A DNA stretch of 64,000 nt from an uncultured Candidatus Saccharibacteria bacterium (GCA_964406145.1 CAYOQP010000001.1:7706-71705), one strand, 5' to 3'. Counted from the first letter of the stretch, positions 18,633-30,177 are shown. Made by a program: numbers and translations. The notes: generated by a model not told the origin, from the sequence alone.

Positions 18633-19501
18633 TGACGCTAATCTCAACCTATAAAAAAGCAGTCCTTGTACTAAAAAAATCTGGCGACCAGACAGCTGAG
18701 TTGGACGCTAGTATACTCTTGGAATATATAACAAAAAAAAATCGTGGTAATATCTTGAGTCATCCAGAAGAACCACTAACTAATAGCCAGAATGCAAAAT
18801 TCGCCAATCTTATAAAAAAAAGAATAAATGGCATGCCAATCGCCTATATTCTCGGTCATAAGGAATTTTTTGGTTACGATTTTTACGTTAATAAAAACAC
18901 CCTAATCCCCCGCCCCGAAACAGAGAAACTAGTGGAACTCGTATTAAACAGAATTGACAAGGAAAATATTAGAATCTTAGATATGGGCACTGGCTCTGGT
19001 TGCATTATAATCTCACTAGCAAAAGAGTTGGAGAAAAAAGGAATAAACTGTAACCTCCAAGCTTGTGACATCTCGTCAAAAGCTCTTTATGTTGCCAAAA
19101 AAAATGCCCAAAGACATCAAGTTACAGAAAATATTCGTTTTTTCATTTCAGATCTTTTTGATAATCGCAGACTTCATAATAAGTATGATATTATCGTTGC
19201 CAACCTACCATATGTTCCAACAACGAACAGAAAAAATAAGCCGACTATCAAAGACAGTAGCATCCACTTTGAACCACAAAGTGCAATCTTTGTCGATGGT
19301 GATGGTAGCAACATAATCACAAGATTCCTAGAGCAGTCCAAGAACAGATTGAGCAAAAATGGAGCTATTTTTCTCGAACTAGACGAGAGAAATTCGATGA
19401 AAATAAAAGAAATTGCCAAGAAATATTTTTCCGAAAAAAAAATAGAATTACTAAATGATTTATCTGGAAAACTGCGCTATCTTACAATCGAAAAAAGCTA
19501 G
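18632..19501 (+). CDS. prmC: Release-factor glutamine N5-methyltransferase PrmC/HemK
   Basis: 289 aa. SAM motif DMGTGSGCI and an NLPY variant of the (N/D)PPY motif. Start overlaps the prfA stop. Confidence 0.85.
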   Translation: MTLISTYKKAVLVLKKSGDQTAELDASILLEYITKKNRGNILSHPEEPLTNSQNAKFANLIKKRINGMPIAYILGHKEFFGYDFYVNKNTLIPRPETEKLVELVLNRIDKENIRILDMGTGSGCIIISLAKELEKKGINCNLQACDISSKALYVAKKNAQRHQVTENIRFFISDLFDNRRLHNKYDIIVANLPYVPTTNRKNKPTIKDSSIHFEPQSAIFVDGDGSNIITRFLEQSKNRLSKNGAIFLELDERNSMKIKEIAKKYFSEKKIELLNDLSGKLRYLTIEKS

Positions 19502-19515
19502 ACCTGATCATAAAT

Positions 19516-19544
19516 AAAAGACCCCGATTAATCGGGGTCTTTTA
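19516..19544. terminator. Bidirectional rho-independent terminator between the convergent prmC and htrA
   Basis: AAAAGACCCCGA-TTAA-TCGGGGTCTTTT perfect hairpin flanked by an A-run and a T-run. Confidence 0.7.
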
Positions 19545-19567
19545 TTTATACATTCAGTATCTTCTAA

Positions 19568-20833
19568 TTAACTTTTGCTCTCCTCTAAAGTGATCTTGAC
19601 TTCCTTTTCCTTACCCTTGGAAAGAACTTTCAAGGTTATTTGTTCGCCAACTTGATGTTCCTGAACGAGCGATAATAGAGAATGATCCTGATCTATTTTT
19701 TCACCATCGATCTCTAGAATAATGTCATTCTCGACAATTCCGGCCTTATCAGCAGGAGATCCGGGCACAACGGCAAAATCCATTAAGCTATTGCCCCTCT
19801 GAACCAAAGCTCCATGATCGACAGAGAGATTGTTTTCTTTGGCAACAGACGGCGTTATTTCAAAGTACCTCACGCCTAAATATGGTCGAACTATTTTACC
19901 AGTTTTCTTAATGCTTTCGATCGCAGATTTAGCCGCATTAATCGGAATGGCAAACCCTATGCCCTGAGCGTTGCTAGCTACAGCCGTATTGATGCCGATA
20001 ACCTGACCAGCCAAATTGACCAGCGGACCGCCAGAATTACCTGAATTTATAGCCGTATCTGTCTGTAATAATCCGCTCAGACTCTCTGAACTACCGCCAC
20101 TAGCATCAGATGCTTCGATCTTTCTGTCTTTGGCTGAAATAACACCAGCCGTAACGGTATTTGAAAATTGTCCTAGGGCATTACCAATTGCAACAACCCA
20201 CTGGCCGATACTCAATTGATCGGAATCACCAAGTTCAACAACGGGAAGATTTCTAGCCTCAACTTTAATCACGGCCAGATCATTGACCGGATCAAGCGAT
20301 TTTACAGTAGCATCGTAGGTTGTACCGTCTAGCATGACAACGGTATAAGTCGCACTAGCATCACTAACAACGTGCTTATTTGTTAAAATTAATCCATCGC
20401 TTGTGATAACAAAACCGGTACCAGCACCTTCTGACTGATAAACCTGACCGAAAATATTCTGAACCGTTTTCTTTAGTTTAATAGAAACAACCGAGCTAGA
20501 AACTTTATTAACGGTGTCGATAATTGCGCTCGATTCCTGAACCACAACTTTTTGAGTCGAAACAGTCGGAATTGCTAAATCTTTAAAGTTGGGAATACCG
20601 AACTTTTTGGCAATATCACCATTTTTAGCTGAGAAAAGCAAAACTCCTCCGACTCCGCCAACTGCTCCGGCTACAAAAATAGCAATAATTAGAAAAAATA
20701 CTAAGACTGACTTTAAAAACTTATTTTTATTACCCTTAGATTCCTCCCGAAAATAAGGATCTTCATACTCAATTTTCGACATATTTCCTCTTATTTTTTG
20801 TTTAGTCCATCTTCTTTGAGACGGTATCTGCAA
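19568..20833 (-). CDS. HtrA/DegP-family serine protease with an N-terminal membrane anchor and a C-terminal PDZ
   Basis: 421 aa. Trypsin-like catalytic GNSGGPL, a PDZ domain, and an N-terminal TM. Confidence 0.85.
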   Translation of the reverse strand: MQIPSQRRWTKQKIRGNMSKIEYEDPYFREESKGNKNKFLKSVLVFFLIIAIFVAGAVGGVGGVLLFSAKNGDIAKKFGIPNFKDLAIPTVSTQKVVVQESSAIIDTVNKVSSSVVSIKLKKTVQNIFGQVYQSEGAGTGFVITSDGLILTNKHVVSDASATYTVVMLDGTTYDATVKSLDPVNDLAVIKVEARNLPVVELGDSDQLSIGQWVVAIGNALGQFSNTVTAGVISAKDRKIEASDASGGSSESLSGLLQTDTAINSGNSGGPLVNLAGQVIGINTAVASNAQGIGFAIPINAAKSAIESIKKTGKIVRPYLGVRYFEITPSVAKENNLSVDHGALVQRGNSLMDFAVVPGSPADKAGIVENDIILEIDGEKIDQDHSLLSLVQEHQVGEQITLKVLSKGKEKEVKITLEESKS

Positions 20834-21038
20834 CTTCTTTTATTTTTTCTTTCGTGGCTTCCGTGCCTTTTTCAACCATTTCCTTGCCTTTTTCAACATA
20901 ATCCTTGGCTTTGTCGCCAATAATTTTTCTTGTTTCCTTGCCACTCTTTGGTGCAAACAAGATGCCCGCGACTGCTCCAGCTATAGCACCAATGGCCGCA
21001 CCTAAAATGAACTTTCCCTTACCACCGTTATTACTCAT
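20802..21038 (-). CDS. YtxH-like small stress or membrane protein
   Basis: 78 aa. Gly/Ala-rich TM segment followed by a Lys/Glu-rich helix, as in YtxH/DUF948-type proteins. Confidence 0.45.
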   Translation of the reverse strand: MSNNGGKGKFILGAAIGAIAGAVAGILFAPKSGKETRKIIGDKAKDYVEKGKEMVEKGTEATKEKIKEVADTVSKKMD

Positions 21039-21313
21039 TTTTCTCCTTTTTTATAACTTTCAATTTTTTCTCGAATTGATTTGATAAACTCAAGCGAATA
21101 AACAAAACCCTTGAGAGCGTCCAGTCCCTCAGTTATGGTTTTTTCGAATTTACTGATTCCAGCATCAACATCCTGAACTCTTTTTTTAACAATCACTGTA
21201 GTTTCTTTGACATCAGAAAGGATTCCGAAGACTCGCCAAAAAATAGCAATCAAAAAACCAATTGCAATGATGGAGATTCCGATCAATAACTGAATTAATA
21301 ATTCTGTAGACAT
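21035..21313 (-). CDS. DUF948-like small membrane protein
   Basis: 92 aa. N-terminal TM plus a coiled C-terminus. Overlaps the downstream gene by 4 nt. AAGGAGGTGA SD. Confidence 0.45.
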   Translation of the reverse strand: MSTELLIQLLIGISIIAIGFLIAIFWRVFGILSDVKETTVIVKKRVQDVDAGISKFEKTITEGLDALKGFVYSLEFIKSIREKIESYKKGEK

Positions 21314-21380
21314 TCACCTCCTTATTTTATCTGACAAGTTATATTATAGTTCTAGCTACAACTATTAGCAACGGAGAAGC

Positions 21381-21638
21381 TTATTTCTTGCCGTTATCTT
21401 CTTCGTCCTGAAGCATTTTACCCAATAGATATGTAACACCAACAGCGATAACCGTTACAACAAATGCATAAGTAACCTTGGAGGAAATGCCAGTACCATT
21501 TTCTGGCACAAGTCGAGCAATAATACTTTGGATTGCTTCATTCCAAGCAAGAGCAGCAACTAGACCAAAAGCGGCCGTTGCCAACTGAATCATTGTTTTT
21601 AGAAATTCTTTTTTAAGTCTACTGCCTTCTTTTTTCAT
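21381..21638 (-). CDS. Small membrane protein of unknown function
   Basis: 85 aa, two hydrophobic helices. Overlaps the gatB stop (ATGA). Confidence 0.4.
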   Translation of the reverse strand: MKKEGSRLKKEFLKTMIQLATAAFGLVAALAWNEAIQSIIARLVPENGTGISSKVTYAFVVTVIAVGVTYLLGKMLQDEEDNGKK

Positions 21639-23026
21639 AATTTTCCTTTCAATATTTTGGTGATTTCTTGCGGATTTACTTTACCCTTTGTTTCTTTCAT
21701 GATTTGACCCATGAAAAAACCAAGAAGCTGTGTTTCTCCGGCACGATAACGCTCAACTTCTTTGGGATTTGATCGCAATATCTTATCTATAGCTTCAACA
21801 AGCGATTCGCTAGATTCGACAGAACCAATGTCCATCCTAGCTTCGTCAAAACTCTTGCCATCGTGAATACTTTTAACAAGTAACCCGAATAAAGACTTTG
21901 GCATTTTTTCGTTTTCAGCTAGAGAGATTGCTTTGGCATATTCACCAGTTCTTGACCAATCATTTTCTGAAAAATCAAATGGGAAGTAATTATTTACAAT
22001 TGCTTTACCCAGAAAATTGTAGTGTTTTTTATCGACATCGATCACCAGCTTTTGCAAAATTGCATCCTTTGCATGATTGCTAACAAAAACCCTTGCGTCA
22101 GTTTCTGAAATACCAAGACATACTAATTCGTCAAATTTTTCTTCTGCCGTTTTACTAACTTCAGATTTTAATTTTTCGTGATCAAACTTAGTTGTATCAA
22201 ATGGCGGTAAATCTGGCTCTGGAAAATAACGATAATCAGCCGCCTCTTCCTTGGTGCGCTGAGGATATGTTGTATTGTTTTCAGAATTATAACCGCGAGT
22301 CACCTTTTTTAGCTTATCTGGCCAAGCTGGATATTCTTCTTTGAGCCTAGTCTCCTCAATGGTCAGGGCTTTTTCAAGAAATCTGAATGAATTAATATTT
22401 TTAAGTTCAACGATTTCTGACATTTTGTCTCCATCATTGACCGAGATGTTGCCATCACAACGCATGTGACCTTTTTCCATGTCAGCATCAGATACTTCAA
22501 CCACATCGCGGACAATTTTTTGCAATTTTCGCAAAAAATCTCCAGCCTGTTTGGGAGAGGTGATATCCGGCTCAGTCACTATCTCCATAAGTGGAGTCCC
22601 GGCTCTATTTAGATCAACTAAGCTTTTATCTCCCTTATGCGTTAATTTGCCGGCATCTTCTTCGAGATGAATTCTAGTTAAATTTATTTTCTGACCATCA
22701 ACTTCAACATAGCCACCAAGACAAAAAGGCTCATCATACTGAGAAATCTGATAACCCTTAGGAAGATCTGGATAGAAATAATGTTTACGATCAAACTTTG
22801 CAATCTTGGGTATGTCACAGTTGAGTGCTAAGCCAGTCTTAATTGTCCATTCAATTGCCTGATGATTGGCAATAGGCAAACTACCAGGAAAACCTAGACA
22901 AACCGGACAAACGACAGAATTCGGCGCCTTGCCTTGTGCATCATTATCACAAGAACAAAACATCTTGCTCTTAGTCTTAAGCTGAACGTGTATCTCTAAA
23001 CCAATTTTTGTATGCAATTCTGTCAT
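21635..23026 (-). CDS. gatB: Asp/Glu-tRNA(Asn/Gln) amidotransferase subunit B
   Basis: 463 aa. GatB N-terminal KIGLEIHVQL and a C-terminal YqeY-like domain. Confidence 0.95.
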   Translation of the reverse strand: MTELHTKIGLEIHVQLKTKSKMFCSCDNDAQGKAPNSVVCPVCLGFPGSLPIANHQAIEWTIKTGLALNCDIPKIAKFDRKHYFYPDLPKGYQISQYDEPFCLGGYVEVDGQKINLTRIHLEEDAGKLTHKGDKSLVDLNRAGTPLMEIVTEPDITSPKQAGDFLRKLQKIVRDVVEVSDADMEKGHMRCDGNISVNDGDKMSEIVELKNINSFRFLEKALTIEETRLKEEYPAWPDKLKKVTRGYNSENNTTYPQRTKEEAADYRYFPEPDLPPFDTTKFDHEKLKSEVSKTAEEKFDELVCLGISETDARVFVSNHAKDAILQKLVIDVDKKHYNFLGKAIVNNYFPFDFSENDWSRTGEYAKAISLAENEKMPKSLFGLLVKSIHDGKSFDEARMDIGSVESSESLVEAIDKILRSNPKEVERYRAGETQLLGFFMGQIMKETKGKVNPQEITKILKGKL

Positions 23027-23034
23027 ATTTTTTA

Positions 23035-23496
23035 TTACTCATTATCTTCTTCAAATATTGTGCCTAAAGTTTGTTGATCCCAGCGAATTTCTCCGTCAAT
23101 ACCATTTTTATAATGAAGTCTCTTATATAACGCTTCCATTTTCGGTAAGTAATCTCTCAGGAAAATAAGATCGGCCATTCTTCTTTCACTCCTATTATTT
23201 ATATCTCTATAGGCGTATCCATCCTCGGCTTTCAATCCAACTTCCACCATAGCTTCTCGCAGATCCAATGAAAGATCTTTCCACTTTTGAGCCATAACAC
23301 GGAATTCCTTGCTTTGTTCATCATCGCCTTCAAGCATATCTGGATCAGATTCTATCATTCTCATACCATAATGTTGATTTTCGAGCACTGAAGCCTTTAA
23401 ATTATTAAACGGCCTAAGACTGACCAATAGATTCTGAACTTCTGCCGCGATTTCCTCTTCACTCAATTGTTCGCCCGCATCTTCGGTCTCGCTCAT
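23035..23496 (-). CDS. Acidic hypothetical protein, possible partner of the upstream HEPN-like protein
   Basis: 153 aa, strongly acidic (many D/E). Overlaps the upstream ORF by 4 nt. Ends 8 nt before gatB. No recognisable domain. Confidence 0.45.
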   Translation of the reverse strand: MSETEDAGEQLSEEEIAAEVQNLLVSLRPFNNLKASVLENQHYGMRMIESDPDMLEGDDEQSKEFRVMAQKWKDLSLDLREAMVEVGLKAEDGYAYRDINNRSERRMADLIFLRDYLPKMEALYKRLHYKNGIDGEIRWDQQTLGTIFEEDNE

Positions 23497-23948
23497 AATG
23501 TTTTGGTGTAGCTTAATAGTTTTGTTGCTGCTGACTTAAGATCAGAATTCGATATCGCAATACCCTGCTCATGGGCAATCTGATTTCTAATCTTGTGACC
23601 CTGCCATATCTCATTATTAAGACTTTGGCTGAGATTTACCTGAGCTTTTTTCAATCTCTCCGCAAATGTCTGACCAGCATAACCCTGAATTTTCATCGTG
23701 TGATCGACTAGTTTATCAGCCTCGATAACTGCATTTTTAAGTTCAATCTGATTCTCGGTCGACAAGCTCTTTTCAATTTCTAGACGTCTTGAAGAGATAT
23801 AGTTTTTCTCCTCTATCGATAGATTATTATTTATTTTCCCAAATTTGAAACCCTTAAATGGTAAAGAAATGAGCCACCAAAGCATTCTACCAATGCCGAT
23901 AATTATTGTCTGGAAAATATCATTATCATATTTTTGTTTTTTGCTCAT
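23493..23948 (-). CDS. Membrane-anchored protein with a HEPN-like (HepT/DUF86-like) RNxxxH motif
   Basis: 151 aa. N-terminal TM (IFQTIIIGIGRMLWWLISLPF). An alpha-helical C-domain carries GHKIRNQIAHEQG (R121-N-x3-H126), matching the canonical HEPN R-N-x3-H-x-(Y/Q) motif. Confidence 0.45.
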   Translation of the reverse strand: MSKKQKYDNDIFQTIIIGIGRMLWWLISLPFKGFKFGKINNNLSIEEKNYISSRRLEIEKSLSTENQIELKNAVIEADKLVDHTMKIQGYAGQTFAERLKKAQVNLSQSLNNEIWQGHKIRNQIAHEQGIAISNSDLKSAATKLLSYTKTL

Positions 23949-23949
23949 A

Positions 23950-24693
23950 TTACTTTAACTCAACAGAGGTGATATTAACTGGATCTATTGGTTTGTCGCT
24001 TTCATCAACAGGAACTTCAGAAATTGCCACAGCTACATCGAGCCCCTTAATAACATGGCCAAAAACCGTGTGCTGTCCATCCAAATGCGGCTGAGCCTGC
24101 TCTGTCACAATGAAAAACTGGCTACCATTAGTGTTTGGGCCAGAATTAGCCATAGCCAGAGACCCAACATCCATTTTGTGAGAGGTCAGCTTGTAATTAT
24201 ATTTATAGCCCTGATCTTCAAGCTTTTTTATCTGATCGTCACTAAGGCCAAGACTTTTAGGATTGATTTCATCATCAAAAGTGTCACCAAATGAACTTTC
24301 ACCACCGGTGCCATCACCCTTTGGATCGCCCCCCTGAATCATAAAGCCCTTAATAACTCTGTGCCAGGCAAGATTATCGTAATAACCTTTTTCGGAAAGA
24401 GCCTTAAAATTCTCAACTGTCTTGGGCGCACTTTCTGGATAAAAAGCAATTTCAATGTCACCTTTAGAGGTATGAATGATGGCCATATTTCCTTCTGTTG
24501 TTATTAATGAATCTTTTTTTACAAACGGAAAGGCAATGAGAGCAACAAGACAGAGAGTATAAATCCAAAAATCTAATCTTCGCCAAAAATTCTCCCAAGG
24601 ATTTTTGAGACGCGAAATTTCTCTGAGAATTTCCTTCCGACTCTTCTCGGTCTCTTCTTTTTTTGTTCTCCTGATTTGTGCTTTCTTGCCCAT
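23950..24693 (-). CDS. Cyclophilin-type peptidyl-prolyl cis-trans isomerase with an N-terminal membrane anchor
   Basis: 247 aa. HRVIKGFMIQGGDP and NSGPNTNGSQFFI cyclophilin motifs. N-terminal TM. Confidence 0.9.
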   Translation of the reverse strand: MGKKAQIRRTKKEETEKSRKEILREISRLKNPWENFWRRLDFWIYTLCLVALIAFPFVKKDSLITTEGNMAIIHTSKGDIEIAFYPESAPKTVENFKALSEKGYYDNLAWHRVIKGFMIQGGDPKGDGTGGESSFGDTFDDEINPKSLGLSDDQIKKLEDQGYKYNYKLTSHKMDVGSLAMANSGPNTNGSQFFIVTEQAQPHLDGQHTVFGHVIKGLDVAVAISEVPVDESDKPIDPVNITSVELK

Positions 24694-24699
24694 ATTTCT

Positions 24700-25005
24700 T
24701 TAATTTAATCCGATAATAATACCGATCAACCAAAAAACAAAGATGATGCAGATCCAAACAGTTCCCAAAAATGAATAGAGGAACTTTTTTTGATCTGAGC
24801 GAAACAAGTAGTAATTAAATGCATAATTTATACATAAAGCGACTGGCCAAAATACAAAGAAGAAAAGATTTTCAGCAAAAGTTGTTTTAAACCAATCAGA
24901 ATCAAACCCATAAATTACAAAAAGAAAGAAGGCTATCGATTCAAGAAAAGTTAGAAGCAAGCCATTCCCCAAAGCTTTCAAAATTTTGCTAGTATTTTCG
25001 CTCAT
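24700..25005 (-). CDS. Hypothetical small membrane protein (3 TM)
   Basis: 101 aa hydrophobic ORF packed between the PPIase and the next membrane ORF. Confidence 0.4.
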   Translation of the reverse strand: MSENTSKILKALGNGLLLTFLESIAFFLFVIYGFDSDWFKTTFAENLFFFVFWPVALCINYAFNYYLFRSDQKKFLYSFLGTVWICIIFVFWLIGIIIGLN

Positions 25006-25074
25006 TAGTCTCCGTTTTATTTCAATATTAATTATAAATCAACATCATCTTGTTATTATTCTTTTATGGATTAG

Positions 25075-25386
25075 TTACCAATGCAAGAGAAGAGCCATCA
25101 TATTGATTACGATTATGATTAATAAAAGTATGTTTGCTGCAAGTATATGAGTCCATTTGCGCAAATCTTCTTTATGATTTTTTAAAGCTATCAAGGAGTT
25201 TACAGTAAAGATTACAATAAAAATAAAAATGGCAAATATTACGCCTTTAGCATTATCGTCAGAAAAAAGAAGAGAGAAAGGCGCCAAAAAACCCCATACC
25301 AAAATAGAGGTAACCGCTCCGATAACAAATGTTTTTGTATATTCTCTACTCATTATTCTCCGTTCTATTAAAAGAATATTTAACAA
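25075..25386 (-). CDS. Hypothetical small membrane protein (3 TM)
   Basis: 103 aa hydrophobic ORF. Ends 2 nt before the gatA start. Confidence 0.4.
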   Translation of the reverse strand: MLNILLIERRIMSREYTKTFVIGAVTSILVWGFLAPFSLLFSDDNAKGVIFAIFIFIVIFTVNSLIALKNHKEDLRKWTHILAANILLLIIIVINMMALLLHW

Positions 25387-25387
25387 A

Positions 25388-26896
25388 TTAATTGATTTCT
25401 GGCTTTTTCAAATGCCAATCTGTCACTTGCTGATATGCATAGCCGGCGTTTAATATCGCCTGCTCGCCCCACATCGATCCGATCAATTGTAGCCCTACTG
25501 GCAAATCTTTGCCCTCTTTTTTGATAAATCCAGCCGGAATACTGATTGCCGGCAAACCAGCGGGGTTAACCGGAACTGTCAGAATATCCGATAGATACAT
25601 TGCCAATGGATCATCTGTTTTTTCGCCAAATTTGAAAGCAGGAACAGGGGAGACCGGAGTTACCAAAAGGTCAACCTGCTTAAATATTTGCTCGAATTCT
25701 TTTTTAATTAAAGTTCTGACCTTCTGGGCCTTCTTGTAGTAAGCATCATAATATCCAGCCGAGAGAACATAACTGCCAAGCATTATTCTCCGCTTGGCCT
25801 CCGACCCAAATCCTTGAGCACGTGACTTAGAATAAACTTGCTCAAGACCTCTAGGATTAGAATCCTTATCTTTAAGTATACTATTGCCATAATGAATTCC
25901 ATCGTAACGAGCCAAATTGGAGCTGACTTCAGCCGGCATCAGAATATAGTATACTGCCAAAGCGTAATGGACCGACGGCAAAGAAACTTCGACTATTTCC
26001 GCCCCGTGTTCCCTATAAACATCAATTGAATTCCGAATAATTTTTTCAACCATTGGGTCCAGACCTTCAGCAAAAAACTCTTTCGGAACACCAATCTTAA
26101 GACCAGATAAATTATTTTTTAGATTCTTACCATAATCGGGGACTTCTTTTTCTGAGCTAGTAGCGTCATTATCATCGTGACCAGAGATATATTTAAGAAG
26201 TATGGCTGCGTCTTCGACGCTCTTTGTCATTGGTCCAGCCTGATCGAGAGATGAGGCCATCGCAATCGTGCCATAACGAGAAACTCGGCCATAAGTTGGT
26301 TTCAGCCCAGTAATAGAACAATGGCTAGCTGGCTGACGAATTGATCCACCAGTATCCGTGCCAATAGCAGCAATACAAAGATCTGCCGCTACCGCTGCTG
26401 CTGATCCGCCCGATGATCCACCCGGAATTCTCTCTAGGTCCCAAGGATTTCGTGTCGTTGAATCAAAATCTTTCGCCGTCGCATAAGCCGATGTCTCGGT
26501 TGATGAGCCCATCGCAAACTGATCCAGATTAGTCTTACCGATCAGAACCGCACCAGCTTCCCAGAGTTTGCGCGTGACCGTTGACTCATATTGTGGAATG
26601 AAATCGTCAAGAATTTTTGAAGCCGCTGTTGTCTTAATGCCTTTAGTCAGAAATAAGTCCTTAACAGCTATCGGAATACCATCAATCTCACTTAACAATT
26701 TGCCGCTTTTCCGACGCTCATCTGAAGCCCTAGCCATATCCAAAGCTTTATCTTCACATAAAGTAATATATGCACCGATTTTAGAATCAACTTGTTTTAT
26801 CCGTTCAAAAATACTTTCAGTTAGACCGACTGAAGTAATTTCACCATTTCCAAGCTTTAGAATAGACTCTTTAATTGTAAGATTATTGAGATTCAT
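25388..26896 (-). CDS. gatA: Glu-tRNA(Gln) amidotransferase subunit A
   Basis: 502 aa. Amidase signature GGSSGGSAAAVA and the Ser-cisSer-Lys region. Confidence 0.95.
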   Translation of the reverse strand: MNLNNLTIKESILKLGNGEITSVGLTESIFERIKQVDSKIGAYITLCEDKALDMARASDERRKSGKLLSEIDGIPIAVKDLFLTKGIKTTAASKILDDFIPQYESTVTRKLWEAGAVLIGKTNLDQFAMGSSTETSAYATAKDFDSTTRNPWDLERIPGGSSGGSAAAVAADLCIAAIGTDTGGSIRQPASHCSITGLKPTYGRVSRYGTIAMASSLDQAGPMTKSVEDAAILLKYISGHDDNDATSSEKEVPDYGKNLKNNLSGLKIGVPKEFFAEGLDPMVEKIIRNSIDVYREHGAEIVEVSLPSVHYALAVYYILMPAEVSSNLARYDGIHYGNSILKDKDSNPRGLEQVYSKSRAQGFGSEAKRRIMLGSYVLSAGYYDAYYKKAQKVRTLIKKEFEQIFKQVDLLVTPVSPVPAFKFGEKTDDPLAMYLSDILTVPVNPAGLPAISIPAGFIKKEGKDLPVGLQLIGSMWGEQAILNAGYAYQQVTDWHLKKPEIN

Positions 26897-27190
26897 TTAT
26901 TCAAATACTCCCGGCACAACGAAACTGCCATCTCTAAATTCTGGCGCATTCTTGGACATATCATCATGAGATATTTTAGATTCTTCAGCCTCATCAACCC
27001 TATCTACATTCGAAAGACCAGTGATATTGGCCGTTGGCTCAACACCATCGGTATTAACCTCACTAAGTTGGTCGACATAAGAGAGAACCGAAGAAAGCTG
27101 TCCAGCATAAAGATCTTCTTCATCAGCAGAAAGCTCAAGACGAGATAATTTGGCAATGTGTTTTACTTCTTCGATACTTAATTTCGACAT
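26897..27190 (-). CDS. gatC: Glu-tRNA(Gln) amidotransferase subunit C
   Basis: 97 aa. IAKLSRLELS GatC motif. Contiguous with gatA. Confidence 0.9.
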   Translation of the reverse strand: MSKLSIEEVKHIAKLSRLELSADEEDLYAGQLSSVLSYVDQLSEVNTDGVEPTANITGLSNVDRVDEAEESKISHDDMSKNAPEFRDGSFVVPGVFE

Positions 27191-27259
27191 AAAAAAATGA
27201 GTTAATATTCTAACTCAAATCCTAACATTATCGCTCTCAAAGTTCAACTACGCTCAGGA

Positions 27260-28066
27260 TCAACGGAAATCTTTAGGAACATTAATTATGTCGACCTTTT
27301 TCTCACTTCTACCATGTAGCATTGTAAAAAAGAACATTCTAAGTCCTATCGGGATAAAAAAGAACAGGTATTTAAACAATGCGAAAAGTGTCCACTTCGC
27401 ATACATCGCCTGGGTTTGATGATGTGCCAAGGCCATTCTCAAATCATTAGCACTTTTGCCCTCGAAAAGGGTATAGCCTTTACCAATGGCTTCAACAATG
27501 TGAGCGTCAGACGAACCAGTTTCGGCTTTCAACAACATTGTTCTGTTTATAAATTCTGCGCGGTAATTCTCCTCACCTAAAGTTGGTGTTGCGTTAACAA
27601 CCTCAATGCCATGTAATAGCTTCTTTTCCTGGATCAGAGTCATGAGACCGACGCCATCCATAGTCAGACCATTTGGCTCACGATATCTTAAATGCTCAAA
27701 CGGGTGAGAGGCAATGCCAACACCGCCCTGACGCCTAATTTCTTTTAATGTATTATGGGCGGTCATTCCGCTTCTGATTTTTTCTTTAATAAACAAAGCG
27801 AGAATATGTCCTTGCAAAGTAGAAACTTCTTCACCGATTATGAGATCAAAACGATATTTTTTCTTACTCATAATTTCCATTGCCTCAAGCGCACCGCTAA
27901 TTTCGTCGTGATCAGTAATAGCGATAACATTCAGATCGGTATGCTCTTCAACATAATCAAGAATTTGCTCAACAGAAGGTCGGCCATCAGAATGATTGGA
28001 GTGAATATGGATATCGGCTTTGCCTAAATGAGCAAAATCTTCAATTTTCTTGATGCCTTTTTTCAT
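27260..28066 (-). CDS. PHP-domain phosphoesterase
   Basis: 268 aa. DIHIHSNHSDG and ITDHD metal-binding motifs. Abuts the ligA stop. Confidence 0.75.
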   Translation of the reverse strand: MKKGIKKIEDFAHLGKADIHIHSNHSDGRPSVEQILDYVEEHTDLNVIAITDHDEISGALEAMEIMSKKKYRFDLIIGEEVSTLQGHILALFIKEKIRSGMTAHNTLKEIRRQGGVGIASHPFEHLRYREPNGLTMDGVGLMTLIQEKKLLHGIEVVNATPTLGEENYRAEFINRTMLLKAETGSSDAHIVEAIGKGYTLFEGKSANDLRMALAHHQTQAMYAKWTLFALFKYLFFFIPIGLRMFFFTMLHGRSEKKVDIINVPKDFR

Positions 28067-30094
<2,028 letters not shown>

Positions 30095-30134
30095 TTACCG
30101 AGAACAACATGCCAATTCAATAGAAGGGAATCTC

Positions 30135-30162
30135 GAAAAAAGCCCCGACATAAAGTCGGGGC
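30135..30162 (-). terminator. Rho-independent terminator after the GC-elevated 304-aa gene
   Basis: On the minus strand: GCCCCGAC-TTTATG-TCGGGGC followed by TTTTTT. Confidence 0.65.
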
Positions 30163-30177
30163 AAGAGATGTTAGTGC

